A DNA stretch of 64,000 nucleotides. It comes from Pseudonocardiales bacterium. Lineage in GTDB: Bacteria > Actinomycetota > Actinomycetes > Mycobacteriales > Pseudonocardiaceae. This document shows positions 9,924 to 18,088 of the stretch, piece by piece. Position 1 is the first letter of the stretch; each line of letters starts with the position of its first letter. A program made the position numbers and the translations under genes. The notes beneath the pieces are model-generated. The model was not told where the DNA came from and did not search any database. It worked only from the letters and a program-made list of their open reading frames with translations. Where the stretch lies: the NCBI GenBank assembly GCA_019247305.1, contig JAFAPC010000019.1:3437-67436 (forward strand). Direction: 5' to 3'.

Positions 9924-10843
9924 CGATGCTGGTTTTCGCGACGTCGGACAAGGGCGGCACCGGGCGCTCGGTGACGAGCAGCAACGTCGCCTATCGTCGA
10001 GCCGTACTGGGTCATGACGTGTGCTACTTGGATTTCGACTTTGGTTCCCCGACCGCAGGCGCAATCTTCAACATTCCCACGGCGCTCCGTGGCACCCGCA
10101 ATGGCGGGCTGCACGCGTATCTTCAGGACAAGCGCAACGAGCCGGAAGAGCTGGATGTCTGGTCAGAGTCGGACCGCACAGCTCTGCGTGACCGGCCGGC
10201 GAGCGCCGGCCGGCTGGTGTTGTTCCCTGGGGATATCGGCGGCTCAGAGTTCCCCACTGACCCGAGCATGGTCCAGCGATGTGTCCGTCTTTTCCTTCGG
10301 CTGGAGGAGGAGTTCGAACTGTGCCTCGTCGATCTTAGTGCAGGACGTTCGTACGCCACCACGATGGTGCTCGCCGCCACAGCCGAGCCAGCGCTGCGGT
10401 CAGTGACCACCCGCTGGCTGGTGTTCCACCGGTGGACTCGACAGCACATCATCGCCGCACACGGTCTGGTCTACGGCGACGGAGGAATCCTCGACATCGG
10501 TGTTGACCGGGGTCATGACCGGAAAGCTCTGGCCAACTCGATTCGTTTCGTCCGGACAGCCGTTGTCGACCCCAACTCCGCGGAGTTGGCTGGGCTGCGG
10601 CCGGCGCAAGTGGCGTGGTTGCGCGACGTCAACCGGGGTCTCCAGGAGCTCGCGCGCGAGCAGAAGCTCGGCCGCACCGCACTGCTGGGTGAAGTACCGC
10701 TCGACCCGGTGCTGCAGTGGCGTGAGCAACTGATCTCTGACAACGATACCTACGCGAGTCAGATCGCCAATCGGGAGACCGTCGATGCGTTCGAGAGGCT
10801 GGCCAAAAAGCTGGTCGACGAGGAAGTATGGAGGGGTCTGTGA
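9920..10843 (+). CDS. ParA/MinD-like variant P-loop protein (recalled as SCO2523-family)
   Basis: N-terminus MTMLVFATSDKGGTGRSVTSSNVA is a deviant Walker A with Arg replacing the GK[ST] lysine. Walker B-like LCLVDLSAG. Confidence 0.75.
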   Translation: MTMLVFATSDKGGTGRSVTSSNVAYRRAVLGHDVCYLDFDFGSPTAGAIFNIPTALRGTRNGGLHAYLQDKRNEPEELDVWSESDRTALRDRPASAGRLVLFPGDIGGSEFPTDPSMVQRCVRLFLRLEEEFELCLVDLSAGRSYATTMVLAATAEPALRSVTTRWLVFHRWTRQHIIAAHGLVYGDGGILDIGVDRGHDRKALANSIRFVRTAVVDPNSAELAGLRPAQVAWLRDVNRGLQELAREQKLGRTALLGEVPLDPVLQWREQLISDNDTYASQIANRETVDAFERLAKKLVDEEVWRGL

Positions 10844-11835
10844 CATCGGCGGATGCGATCTTTCGTGAAGTGGCCGCGGAGCGTCGGATGGCGTCAGTTC
10901 CCCTTTCCCACCTGTCGATTGAGCTCGGCCACCTCTACCGGGAGGACTTTACGGCTGGTCTGGACCTTCAGCAGCATTTTGAGCGGGTCGCTCCATGGGT
11001 GAACGCGGGACGCCAGGCCTACGCGGAGCGCCCAGGTCGCCAGCACCAGAAAGGTCGACAGACCCGAACCCGGGTCAGCACGTGCTTCCTGGTCGATGAC
11101 TACTTTATGCGATTCAGCTCGCCCGCTGAACTGGTGCCCAAGCTGGTGAGCGCCGCACACGCGGCCGGTCTGGAGATTGACTACCTGGTCCGCGAGTCCG
11201 GATGCGCCGACACCGGGGAGGTGGCACTGGCGCGCTGCGTGGAGGGTCGCTTGGTGGTGGACCCACCTGCCGCCACGAATGGCTCCCGACCACCAGTTAC
11301 TGAGACGGGATGGCTCTGCAACGGCCAGCGTTCACCGGTTAACCCTGAGCCAGCGATGAGTCCGGTCCGGCCGTGGACGCCACCGATCGAGAACTCGGCC
11401 CGGCGACACTCGATTTTTCTCGATGTGCAGCTGTGGGACGAGAACAACGGCCGAAGGACCTGGTCCTGCCCATTTCTGGCGGCGGTCTGGCAGTTGCTCC
11501 GGCTCGGGATGCTCCGGTACGACGGTGCGGCCGTCGCGGTGCCCCAAAAATGGGACGGCGGATTCCCCGACGGCTGGGATAAGATCCCGGTGGTGACCCA
11601 GCTGAACCCGACCGCCGCGCCGTTCAGCGCCTATCGAACACTATCCCTGCTCTCAACAAAATTTCTGCCCATCGAACATGCCGTGCGGATAATTCTCAGC
11701 CAGGTCGCAATAGATCGTGACGTGCTCACTCAGGTGACGACACGCAGCCGGAGCGAAGGTATTGAGCTGCCACCGGAGCTCGTCGATCGGATCGAGTACG
11801 TCTTTGTGGGCAGCGGCGCCGACCCGCCATCTTAA
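10828..11835 (+). CDS. Protein of unknown function (recalled as SCO2522-family)
   Basis: 335-aa ORF overlapping the upstream stop (ATG 10828, or GTG 10840 in a GTGA overlap). No motif recognised. Confidence 0.65.
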   Translation: MEGSVTSADAIFREVAAERRMASVPLSHLSIELGHLYREDFTAGLDLQQHFERVAPWVNAGRQAYAERPGRQHQKGRQTRTRVSTCFLVDDYFMRFSSPAELVPKLVSAAHAAGLEIDYLVRESGCADTGEVALARCVEGRLVVDPPAATNGSRPPVTETGWLCNGQRSPVNPEPAMSPVRPWTPPIENSARRHSIFLDVQLWDENNGRRTWSCPFLAAVWQLLRLGMLRYDGAAVAVPQKWDGGFPDGWDKIPVVTQLNPTAAPFSAYRTLSLLSTKFLPIEHAVRIILSQVAIDRDVLTQVTTRSRSEGIELPPELVDRIEYVFVGSGADPPS

Positions 11836-11859
11836 GGAACTCCGAAATCCTCACGCGAC

Positions 11860-12849
11860 CTAGGGCTCATCCAGCTCCTGCTGCGCGGCGGCCCAGAGTT
11901 CCTCAAATCGCCGTATTCGCTTTTTCACTCGTTGGGGCTCAAGTGAGAGGTTATTTTTGATGACTGTTGGTTTCATGGTCTCTTCGACGCGTGCGGCTGG
12001 TGTGGTCTCGTAGCTGATGACCTCGTCGAATATAATGAAGTCGAACAGCAGGTTCTTGAGGGTTAAGGGGATCGTGGACCGGTCCAGTACCTTGGTGTGA
12101 ATTCCAAGATCCCGCTGCTTCCGGTAGACGCGGAGGAAGACTGGATCGCTGGTCTGTCCAGGGCCGTCGTGGATGAAGATCCGCCTGATAGCGACTCCGC
12201 GATACATGGCCTCGCGCTGAAGCTCGAGGTAGCGCTGGCCAAACTCACTTGTCCAGAACCCACCGTCGAAACTGATCCCACCGCCATCCACCGTACTCAA
12301 GCTGATGGCGTCAATGGTGTGTTGGACTTGCATGGTGAGTCCCAGTATCCAGTCCCGGTCCTCGCCGTCGCACGAGACGTCTCCGCCTTCGCTGAGCCCT
12401 TTCAAGAGCTGGGACATCCGGCTAATCTGCGCCTGGGCAAATCCCCAGACTAACGACGGCGATTCCGGCCCGATCTGGGTGGCATGCTGCACGAGCTGGA
12501 CGACCGTATCCGTCTGCAGCGCCGACGCCTCCATCGCCTGGAAAAGCTCGATCACCTCGCTTGTGCGCGCGAATCCGTCTTTGACGAGAAACTGCATCTC
12601 GGTCGAGTGGACCTCTTGTTTCTCTTCGACAGACTCCAGACGTTTCTCGAAGTCGTTCAGGAACTGCACGACCAGCGTGAATCCACCGATCAGGACAGAG
12701 ATGGTCGAAACCCAGATTCGCGGCTGGTCCGCCAGCGTGGTGATGAGGTACGTCAATCCGCTGGTCAGGAGCGTGATGAAGATCTTGAGAGTCACTTTCC
12801 CATATTGCGCCCGATTGACCTCGTCAGCTTGCGTCATGCTCTTCTCCAT
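11860..12849 (-). CDS. Membrane-anchored protein (2 predicted TM helices, coiled coil, C-terminal alpha/beta domain of unknown function)
   Basis: TM segments VTLKIFITLLTSGLTYLITTL and IWVSTISVLIGGFTLVVQFL. The C-terminal pattern RRIFIHDG...LFDFIIFDEVISYE has no recognisable catalytic motif. The gene overlaps the upstream - strand gene's 3' end. Confidence 0.65.
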   Translation of the reverse strand: MEKSMTQADEVNRAQYGKVTLKIFITLLTSGLTYLITTLADQPRIWVSTISVLIGGFTLVVQFLNDFEKRLESVEEKQEVHSTEMQFLVKDGFARTSEVIELFQAMEASALQTDTVVQLVQHATQIGPESPSLVWGFAQAQISRMSQLLKGLSEGGDVSCDGEDRDWILGLTMQVQHTIDAISLSTVDGGGISFDGGFWTSEFGQRYLELQREAMYRGVAIRRIFIHDGPGQTSDPVFLRVYRKQRDLGIHTKVLDRSTIPLTLKNLLFDFIIFDEVISYETTPAARVEETMKPTVIKNNLSLEPQRVKKRIRRFEELWAAAQQELDEP

Positions 12850-13786
12850 TATCCTCAGCTAAGGAGCTCAACAGCATGATGGTATGCAAAGCCACTTGGT
12901 CTCGGATCCAGCCGACCGACACATCCCACTGCTTGGTGAAACCAGGCCGCTGTTCCAAACTTTCCCACAATGGCAGCATGAACTTCTCCAGCCGTGCTGC
13001 CGGCATCCACAAGTGCAGCAGGTTGTCGATAGCGGGCCGCAGCCGCTCGACCACCTGGGGGCGCGCACTGCGCTCGCTCCGGCTGCGTTCGATCGGCTTC
13101 AGCAGCGCGGTGAGCAGCCAGTCGTGCAGCGCGAGGTCTTCACACAGCTCGACGGCGGCAAGCAGGCTGTTCTGACCGACCGTCAGTTGCACGGTTCGGG
13201 TGGTGGTGTCCTCAACGGTGAACTGGACCCGACCCTCTGCCGGCTGCGCCTCGGTCACCACGACGACGCAACGCATTCGGGTACGCGCCATCAGGAACGG
13301 AGGCCGGCGATCGAGCTCTGGCGAGCGGTGCTGGACCAGGTCCATCATCCGGCCGCTGATCGCTCCCAGGTCGAGACTGTCCGGTGCCGGCCCGGTCGTG
13401 AGGAAGCCACCAGCGAGGTCGGCGTGATCCGCCTTACCGAGGGTCTCGACAACGCCCGGCCGGGACAGATAGTGCGACCACGGCAGCCGCCGATCGGCCT
13501 CGCTCCTGATGATGGAGGCGTACGCGGACCCTTGCAGCACCCGGCCACCGGTGATCGCCGCTCGGGACACCGCAGTGCCGATCCCTCTGACTTTAGCCCC
13601 CGACGATGTCGCCAATCGACAGTCGACCCCAGTCAAGATCTCCGGTGACACCGCGTGCGCAATAGGGCGCTCAGAGCAGCGGACTCGGGTGTCTTCTAGG
13701 AGGGCAAGGAGTTGCGCCGAACGCGGCTGGGTGAGTGACGTCGAGTTCTGCAGAAGCCCGGTGTGTATCTCACCCACTGTCAGCAT
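12824..13786 (-). CDS. Protein of unknown function (position consistent with SCO2521-family)
   Basis: 320-aa ORF convergent with the four + strand cassette genes. No motif recognised. Confidence 0.6.
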   Translation of the reverse strand: MLTVGEIHTGLLQNSTSLTQPRSAQLLALLEDTRVRCSERPIAHAVSPEILTGVDCRLATSSGAKVRGIGTAVSRAAITGGRVLQGSAYASIIRSEADRRLPWSHYLSRPGVVETLGKADHADLAGGFLTTGPAPDSLDLGAISGRMMDLVQHRSPELDRRPPFLMARTRMRCVVVVTEAQPAEGRVQFTVEDTTTRTVQLTVGQNSLLAAVELCEDLALHDWLLTALLKPIERSRSERSARPQVVERLRPAIDNLLHLWMPAARLEKFMLPLWESLEQRPGFTKQWDVSVGWIRDQVALHTIMLLSSLAEDNGEEHDAS

Positions 13787-14173
13787 TCCGTCAGCATTGC
13801 ACCCCAGACAGAGTTACTCCACCCTTGAGAGGGTTATCGTATCTCCTACTTACGAGAGCGGAACCGTACTGTCAGGATGATCCTTAGCTGCGATCCGGGT
13901 GGACCAGAGCACAAGCAAGGCAAACCGAGCAGCTGCCCTCGCCTTCACTGGTGCGCTCGCCGACGCGCTACGCCGCGCCAGCTACCACGGAGGTTCAGAG
14001 CAGCATCCTGATCTTTGACATTTCGGGCACGGTTCGAGAGGATGGACGCTGGTCACGACGGCAAGCCCAGGGCCATCACCCGTTTGCGGTGCGTCCATCG
14101 GCGCTGCGCACCGGTCGCCGCTGGTGCGCCCAGCATCGGCGGGCAGCCCAGGACACCCACGGAGGTGGGGACG

Positions 14174-14791
14174 ATGGCTGTTCGCCTGCGGCTGGCGGGT
14201 GCGCTGGTTCTCACCGCCCTCAGCGTGGCCCTCACCGGAGCCGCGGTCCCTGCCAACGCCAACACAACGACTGCGCCGACGCCTCCCGCCGCCTCGATCA
14301 CCGCTCAGGCCGACCCCCCGAGCGGGTGGGTGACCACCACCGATCCGGTGAGCGGCATCAGCGTGATGCTGCCCGGCCAGCCCACCGTCAAGAACACCAC
14401 CACCACTGATGCCAATGGTGAGACCCTCCCCCTTCGCCAATACCTCCTGGAGTTCGACGGGGGCAACAGGGCTGTGCTCTTCCAGGTCATCGACGCTACT
14501 TTCCGCCAGGTCGACTTCGACAAAGCCCTGCAAGGAGCAGCGTCCGCCCAGTCGGACGGGACGGTGACTGACGGGACGGTGACTAATAGTCGCCACTTCG
14601 TTCTCGACGGTCGCCCCGCCGCTGATGGACGCATTACGGCTACCGTTGCGGGCACCCCCGCCGTCTATCTTGTCCGCCTCGTCGCGGACAATGGCTACCT
14701 CGTCGGGATCATCACTCTCGGTAAGGCCACCGAGGAGGATGCTCTGATGTCGTTCCATCAGCAGGTTCTGGGGACCCTCCGCCTCATCTGA
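14174..14791 (+). CDS. Secreted protein of unknown function
   Basis: ATG 14174 after GGAGGTGGGG. Signal peptide MAVRLRLAGALVLTALSVALTGAAVPANA. Internal DGTVT-DGTVT duplication. Confidence 0.6.
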   Translation: MAVRLRLAGALVLTALSVALTGAAVPANANTTTAPTPPAASITAQADPPSGWVTTTDPVSGISVMLPGQPTVKNTTTTDANGETLPLRQYLLEFDGGNRAVLFQVIDATFRQVDFDKALQGAASAQSDGTVTDGTVTNSRHFVLDGRPAADGRITATVAGTPAVYLVRLVADNGYLVGIITLGKATEEDALMSFHQQVLGTLRLI

Positions 14792-14877
14792 GCCGGGCCC
14801 GGGCCGCCCTCCGTTATAGCAGCCACGCGGCTGAACCGGGCGCTGCGTAGCGCAGGAGGTCGGTCACACTGGGCGCT

Positions 14878-16272
14878 ATGAGAGCTGGGAGCGCCTTCGC
14901 CGTGACCGCCGCCCTCGCGCTCGCCGCCGTCGTGACCACCGCTACGGCCGGGTGCGTAACCCAGACCGCGCCCTCGGCGTCAGCACCGATGAGCAGCGCC
15001 CGTCCCCCGAGAGAAGGCGCGCCGGCTGCGGTTGGCCCCGCTGACTGGCCGACCTACCACCACGACAACGCCCGCACCGGCGTCGCCGCAGGGCTTGCCC
15101 CGCTGGGCACGCTGCACCAAGCGTGGCAGACCCGGTTGGACGGCGCGGTGTACGGCCAGCCACTGGTGATCGGCGAGACGGTGATCGCCGCCACCGAGCA
15201 CGACACGGTCTACGCGCTGGCCGCCGCGGACGGGCACGTGCTGTGGTCGGCGTCGCTGGGCACGCCCATGGACGGCACGCAGCTGCCCTGCGGCAACATC
15301 GACCCGTTGGGGATCACCGGCACGCCCGCCTACGACTCGAGTACCGGGCTGGTCTTCGTCGTCGCCGAGACGCAAGGTGGCCGGCACACCCTGGTCGGGG
15401 TGGACCTGGCCAGCGGCGCGGTACTGCTGCGCCGCGCGCTGCCGCCACCGAAGGGCGAGGAGAGCGCCCACCAGCAGCGCGCCGCGCTGACGGTGCTCGA
15501 CGGCTGGGTGTACGTCGCCTACGGGGGACTGTTCGGTGACTGCGGCCACTACATCGGCTCGGTGGTCGCCGCGCCGACCACCGGCACCGGGCCGCTGCGC
15601 AGCTACGCCGTGCCGACCACCCGGGAAGGCGGGATCTGGGCACCCGGCGGTGGTGTCGTGCACCACGGACGGTTGCTGTACGCGGTAGGCAACGGCGAGT
15701 CAACCCAGGACTACGACCACAGCGATTCCGTGCTCGCGCTGACCCCGGCGCTCACCCTGGCGGACAGTTTCAGCCCCGCGCAGTGGATCGCCGACAACGC
15801 CGACGATCTGGACCTCGGGTCGATGAGCCCGGCCGTGGCCGGGGAGCAGGTGCTCGCCGTAGGCAAGAGCGGGGTGGGCTACCTGCTGGATGGCGCCCGG
15901 CTCGGCGGGATCGGCGGCCAGCTCACCAGCATGCCGCTGTGCCGGGCGTTCGGCGCCACCGCGGTGGCCGGCTCGACGGTGTACCTCCCGTGCACCGACC
16001 GCACGGCCGCGGTGGACGTTGACCCGGCGGGGGGTATGCGGCTGCGCTGGAAGGCCCCGGTCCCGGCTGATGGGTCCCCGGTCCTGGGGGGCGGCGCGGT
16101 TTGGGTGACCGACACCGACCACGGGGTGCTCTACGCGCTCGACCCGGCCACCGGCGCCCCCCGCCAGCACATCAGCGTCGGCCCCCTCCCCCACTTCGCC
16201 TCCCCCACCCTGTCCGGCGCCCACGCCTACCTAGGCACCACCACCGGCGTCATAACCATCGCTGTGCGCTGA
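14878..16272 (+). CDS. PQQ-like beta-propeller repeat (BamB-like fold) lipoprotein
   Basis: Signal peptide with lipobox TATAGC. WPTYHHDNARTG...YGQPLVIGETVIAATEHDTVYALAAADGHVLW repeats typical of PQQ-like propellers. Confidence 0.75.
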   Translation: MRAGSAFAVTAALALAAVVTTATAGCVTQTAPSASAPMSSARPPREGAPAAVGPADWPTYHHDNARTGVAAGLAPLGTLHQAWQTRLDGAVYGQPLVIGETVIAATEHDTVYALAAADGHVLWSASLGTPMDGTQLPCGNIDPLGITGTPAYDSSTGLVFVVAETQGGRHTLVGVDLASGAVLLRRALPPPKGEESAHQQRAALTVLDGWVYVAYGGLFGDCGHYIGSVVAAPTTGTGPLRSYAVPTTREGGIWAPGGGVVHHGRLLYAVGNGESTQDYDHSDSVLALTPALTLADSFSPAQWIADNADDLDLGSMSPAVAGEQVLAVGKSGVGYLLDGARLGGIGGQLTSMPLCRAFGATAVAGSTVYLPCTDRTAAVDVDPAGGMRLRWKAPVPADGSPVLGGGAVWVTDTDHGVLYALDPATGAPRQHISVGPLPHFASPTLSGAHAYLGTTTGVITIAVR

Positions 16273-16276
16273 TTCC

Positions 16277-16340
16277 CGCATTCAGCGGGCTGAGCGGGGT
16301 TACCGGCACCCCAATAACCCCGCTCAGCCCGCTGAATGCG
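16277..16340. terminator. Bidirectional hairpin between convergent genes (23-bp perfect inverted repeat, 18-nt loop)
   Basis: cgcattcagcgggctgagcgggg (16277-16299) pairs with ccccgctcagcccgctgaatgcg (16318-16340). The right arm overlaps the last codons of the SPFH gene. Confidence 0.6.
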
Positions 16341-17112
16341 AATCGGGGCGTTGGGGGGGTGGGGCTTCGAAGAAGCGGAGGAGCTCGACTGGGAAGGGGA
16401 GCACCAGGGTGGAGTTTTTTTCGGCGGCGACTTGGACGACGGTTTCCAGCAGCCGCAGCTGCAGGGCCGCCGGGGTGGCCGACATCGCCGCAGCCGCCTG
16501 GGCCAGCTTCTCCGAGGCCTGCAGCTCACCCTCGGCGCTGATCACCCGGGCCCGCCGCTCCCGTTCGGCCTCCGCCTGGCGGGACATGGAGCGTTTCATC
16601 GACTCCGGCAACGCGACGTCCTTGATCTCCACCCGGTCGATCTGCACGCCCCAGCCCAGCGCGGGGCTGTCGATGAGCAGCTCCAGCCCCTGGTTGAGCC
16701 GCTCGCGGTTGGACAGCAGGTCATCCAGGTCGCTCTTGCCGATGATCGAGCGCAGCGAGGTCTGCGCGACCTGCGAGACGGCCTGCAGGTAGTTCTGCAC
16801 GTCGACCACGACTTTGATCGGGTCGACGACCCTGAAGTACACCACCGCGTCCACCCGCACCGACACGTTGTCCCGGGTGATGCCATCTTGGCCGGGGATC
16901 GGCATGGTGACGATCTGCATGTTGACCTTGCGGAGTTTCTCCGCTCCGGGGATGACCCAGGTCAGTCCTGGCTGGCGGGTCACCGCGCTCACCCGCCCGA
17001 ACCGGAACACCACACCGCGCTCGAACTGGCTGACCACCCGGACCCCGGAGACCAACCACAACGCCCCGGTGGCGACGATCGCGACCAGCGCCGTAATGAT
17101 AATAACGATCAT
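16324..17112 (-). CDS. SPFH/Band 7 (stomatin-like) membrane protein
   Basis: ATG 17112 after GGAAGG. N-terminal TM MIVIIITALVAIVATGALWLV, then VVSQFERGVVFRFGRV...PGQDGITRDNVSVRVDAVVYFRV, typical of SPFH. Confidence 0.85.
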   Translation of the reverse strand: MIVIIITALVAIVATGALWLVSGVRVVSQFERGVVFRFGRVSAVTRQPGLTWVIPGAEKLRKVNMQIVTMPIPGQDGITRDNVSVRVDAVVYFRVVDPIKVVVDVQNYLQAVSQVAQTSLRSIIGKSDLDDLLSNRERLNQGLELLIDSPALGWGVQIDRVEIKDVALPESMKRSMSRQAEAERERRARVISAEGELQASEKLAQAAAAMSATPAALQLRLLETVVQVAAEKNSTLVLPFPVELLRFFEAPPPQRPDSHSAG

Positions 17113-17200
17113 AGCGCGCCTTCCGCCGCTGCCTCCATCACGGTACGCCGCTCGCAGCACTGGAGTGGACACCAGGCCTGAGGTGTCGCAAGGTGGTGTG

Positions 17201-18067
17201 ATGCGGGCGGTATGGAAGGGCGCACTGGCCTTCGGGATGGTCAGCATCCCGGTGTGGCTGTATTTGGCTACCGACGACCGTTCCGTGTCCTTCCACCAGC
17301 TGCACGAGCAGGACGCCGGTCGGATCCGTCACCGCCGGGTGTGCACGGTGTGCGGCGAGGAGGTCGCCTACGCCGACCTCGCCAAGGGCTTTGAGCTGCC
17401 CTCCGGGGAGACGGTGCTGCTGACCGAGGAGGATCTCGCGAACCTGCCGCTGCCCACCACCAAGATCGTGGAGTTGGTTGCCTTCGTGCCCGCGGACCAG
17501 ATCGACCCGCTCGCGCTGTCCCGCGGGTATTACCTGGAGCCCGAGCCGGCCGGCCGCAAGCCCTACGAGCTGCTCCGCGCCGCGTTGGACCGCACCCAGC
17601 GGGTAGGCCTAGCCAAGATCGCGGTGCGGAGCAAGGAATCGCTGGCGGCGCTGCGGCCCCGGGGGGATACTCTCGTCCTGCAGACGATGCTCTGGCCGGA
17701 TGAGATCCGACAGGCCGAGTTCGACGTGCTGAGCCGGGAGGTCGGTATCAGCGCGGCGGAGGTGCGGATGGCCGAGGGACTGATCGAGGCGATGACCGCG
17801 GACTTCGTGCCCGAGGCCTACCACGACGGCTACCGCGAGGCGCTGTTGTCCGTCATCGAGGCCAAAACCGCCGGTGAGGACGACACTGCCCGCCTAGCAC
17901 CGGCGCCAGCCGGCGAGCCGACCCCGGCGGGGGATCTGCTCAGTGCCTTGGCCGCCTCGGTCGCCTCGGTGGAAGCCGCCAAGGCCGCCTGCGCCGCGCC
18001 GGTGACCGTGCCCGCCCAGCGCGCCCGCCTTGATCCCGCCGGCCACCGCCCGCAGCGGCGCCGATGA
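17201..18067 (+). CDS. ku: Non-homologous end joining protein Ku
   Basis: MRAVWKGALAFGMVSIPVWLYLATDDRSVSFHQLH...RIRHRRVC is the canonical bacterial Ku N-terminus. Confidence 0.9.
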   Translation: MRAVWKGALAFGMVSIPVWLYLATDDRSVSFHQLHEQDAGRIRHRRVCTVCGEEVAYADLAKGFELPSGETVLLTEEDLANLPLPTTKIVELVAFVPADQIDPLALSRGYYLEPEPAGRKPYELLRAALDRTQRVGLAKIAVRSKESLAALRPRGDTLVLQTMLWPDEIRQAEFDVLSREVGISAAEVRMAEGLIEAMTADFVPEAYHDGYREALLSVIEAKTAGEDDTARLAPAPAGEPTPAGDLLSALAASVASVEAAKAACAAPVTVPAQRARLDPAGHRPQRRR

Positions 18068-18088
18068 GGGCGCGGTCTGGGTAAGGCG

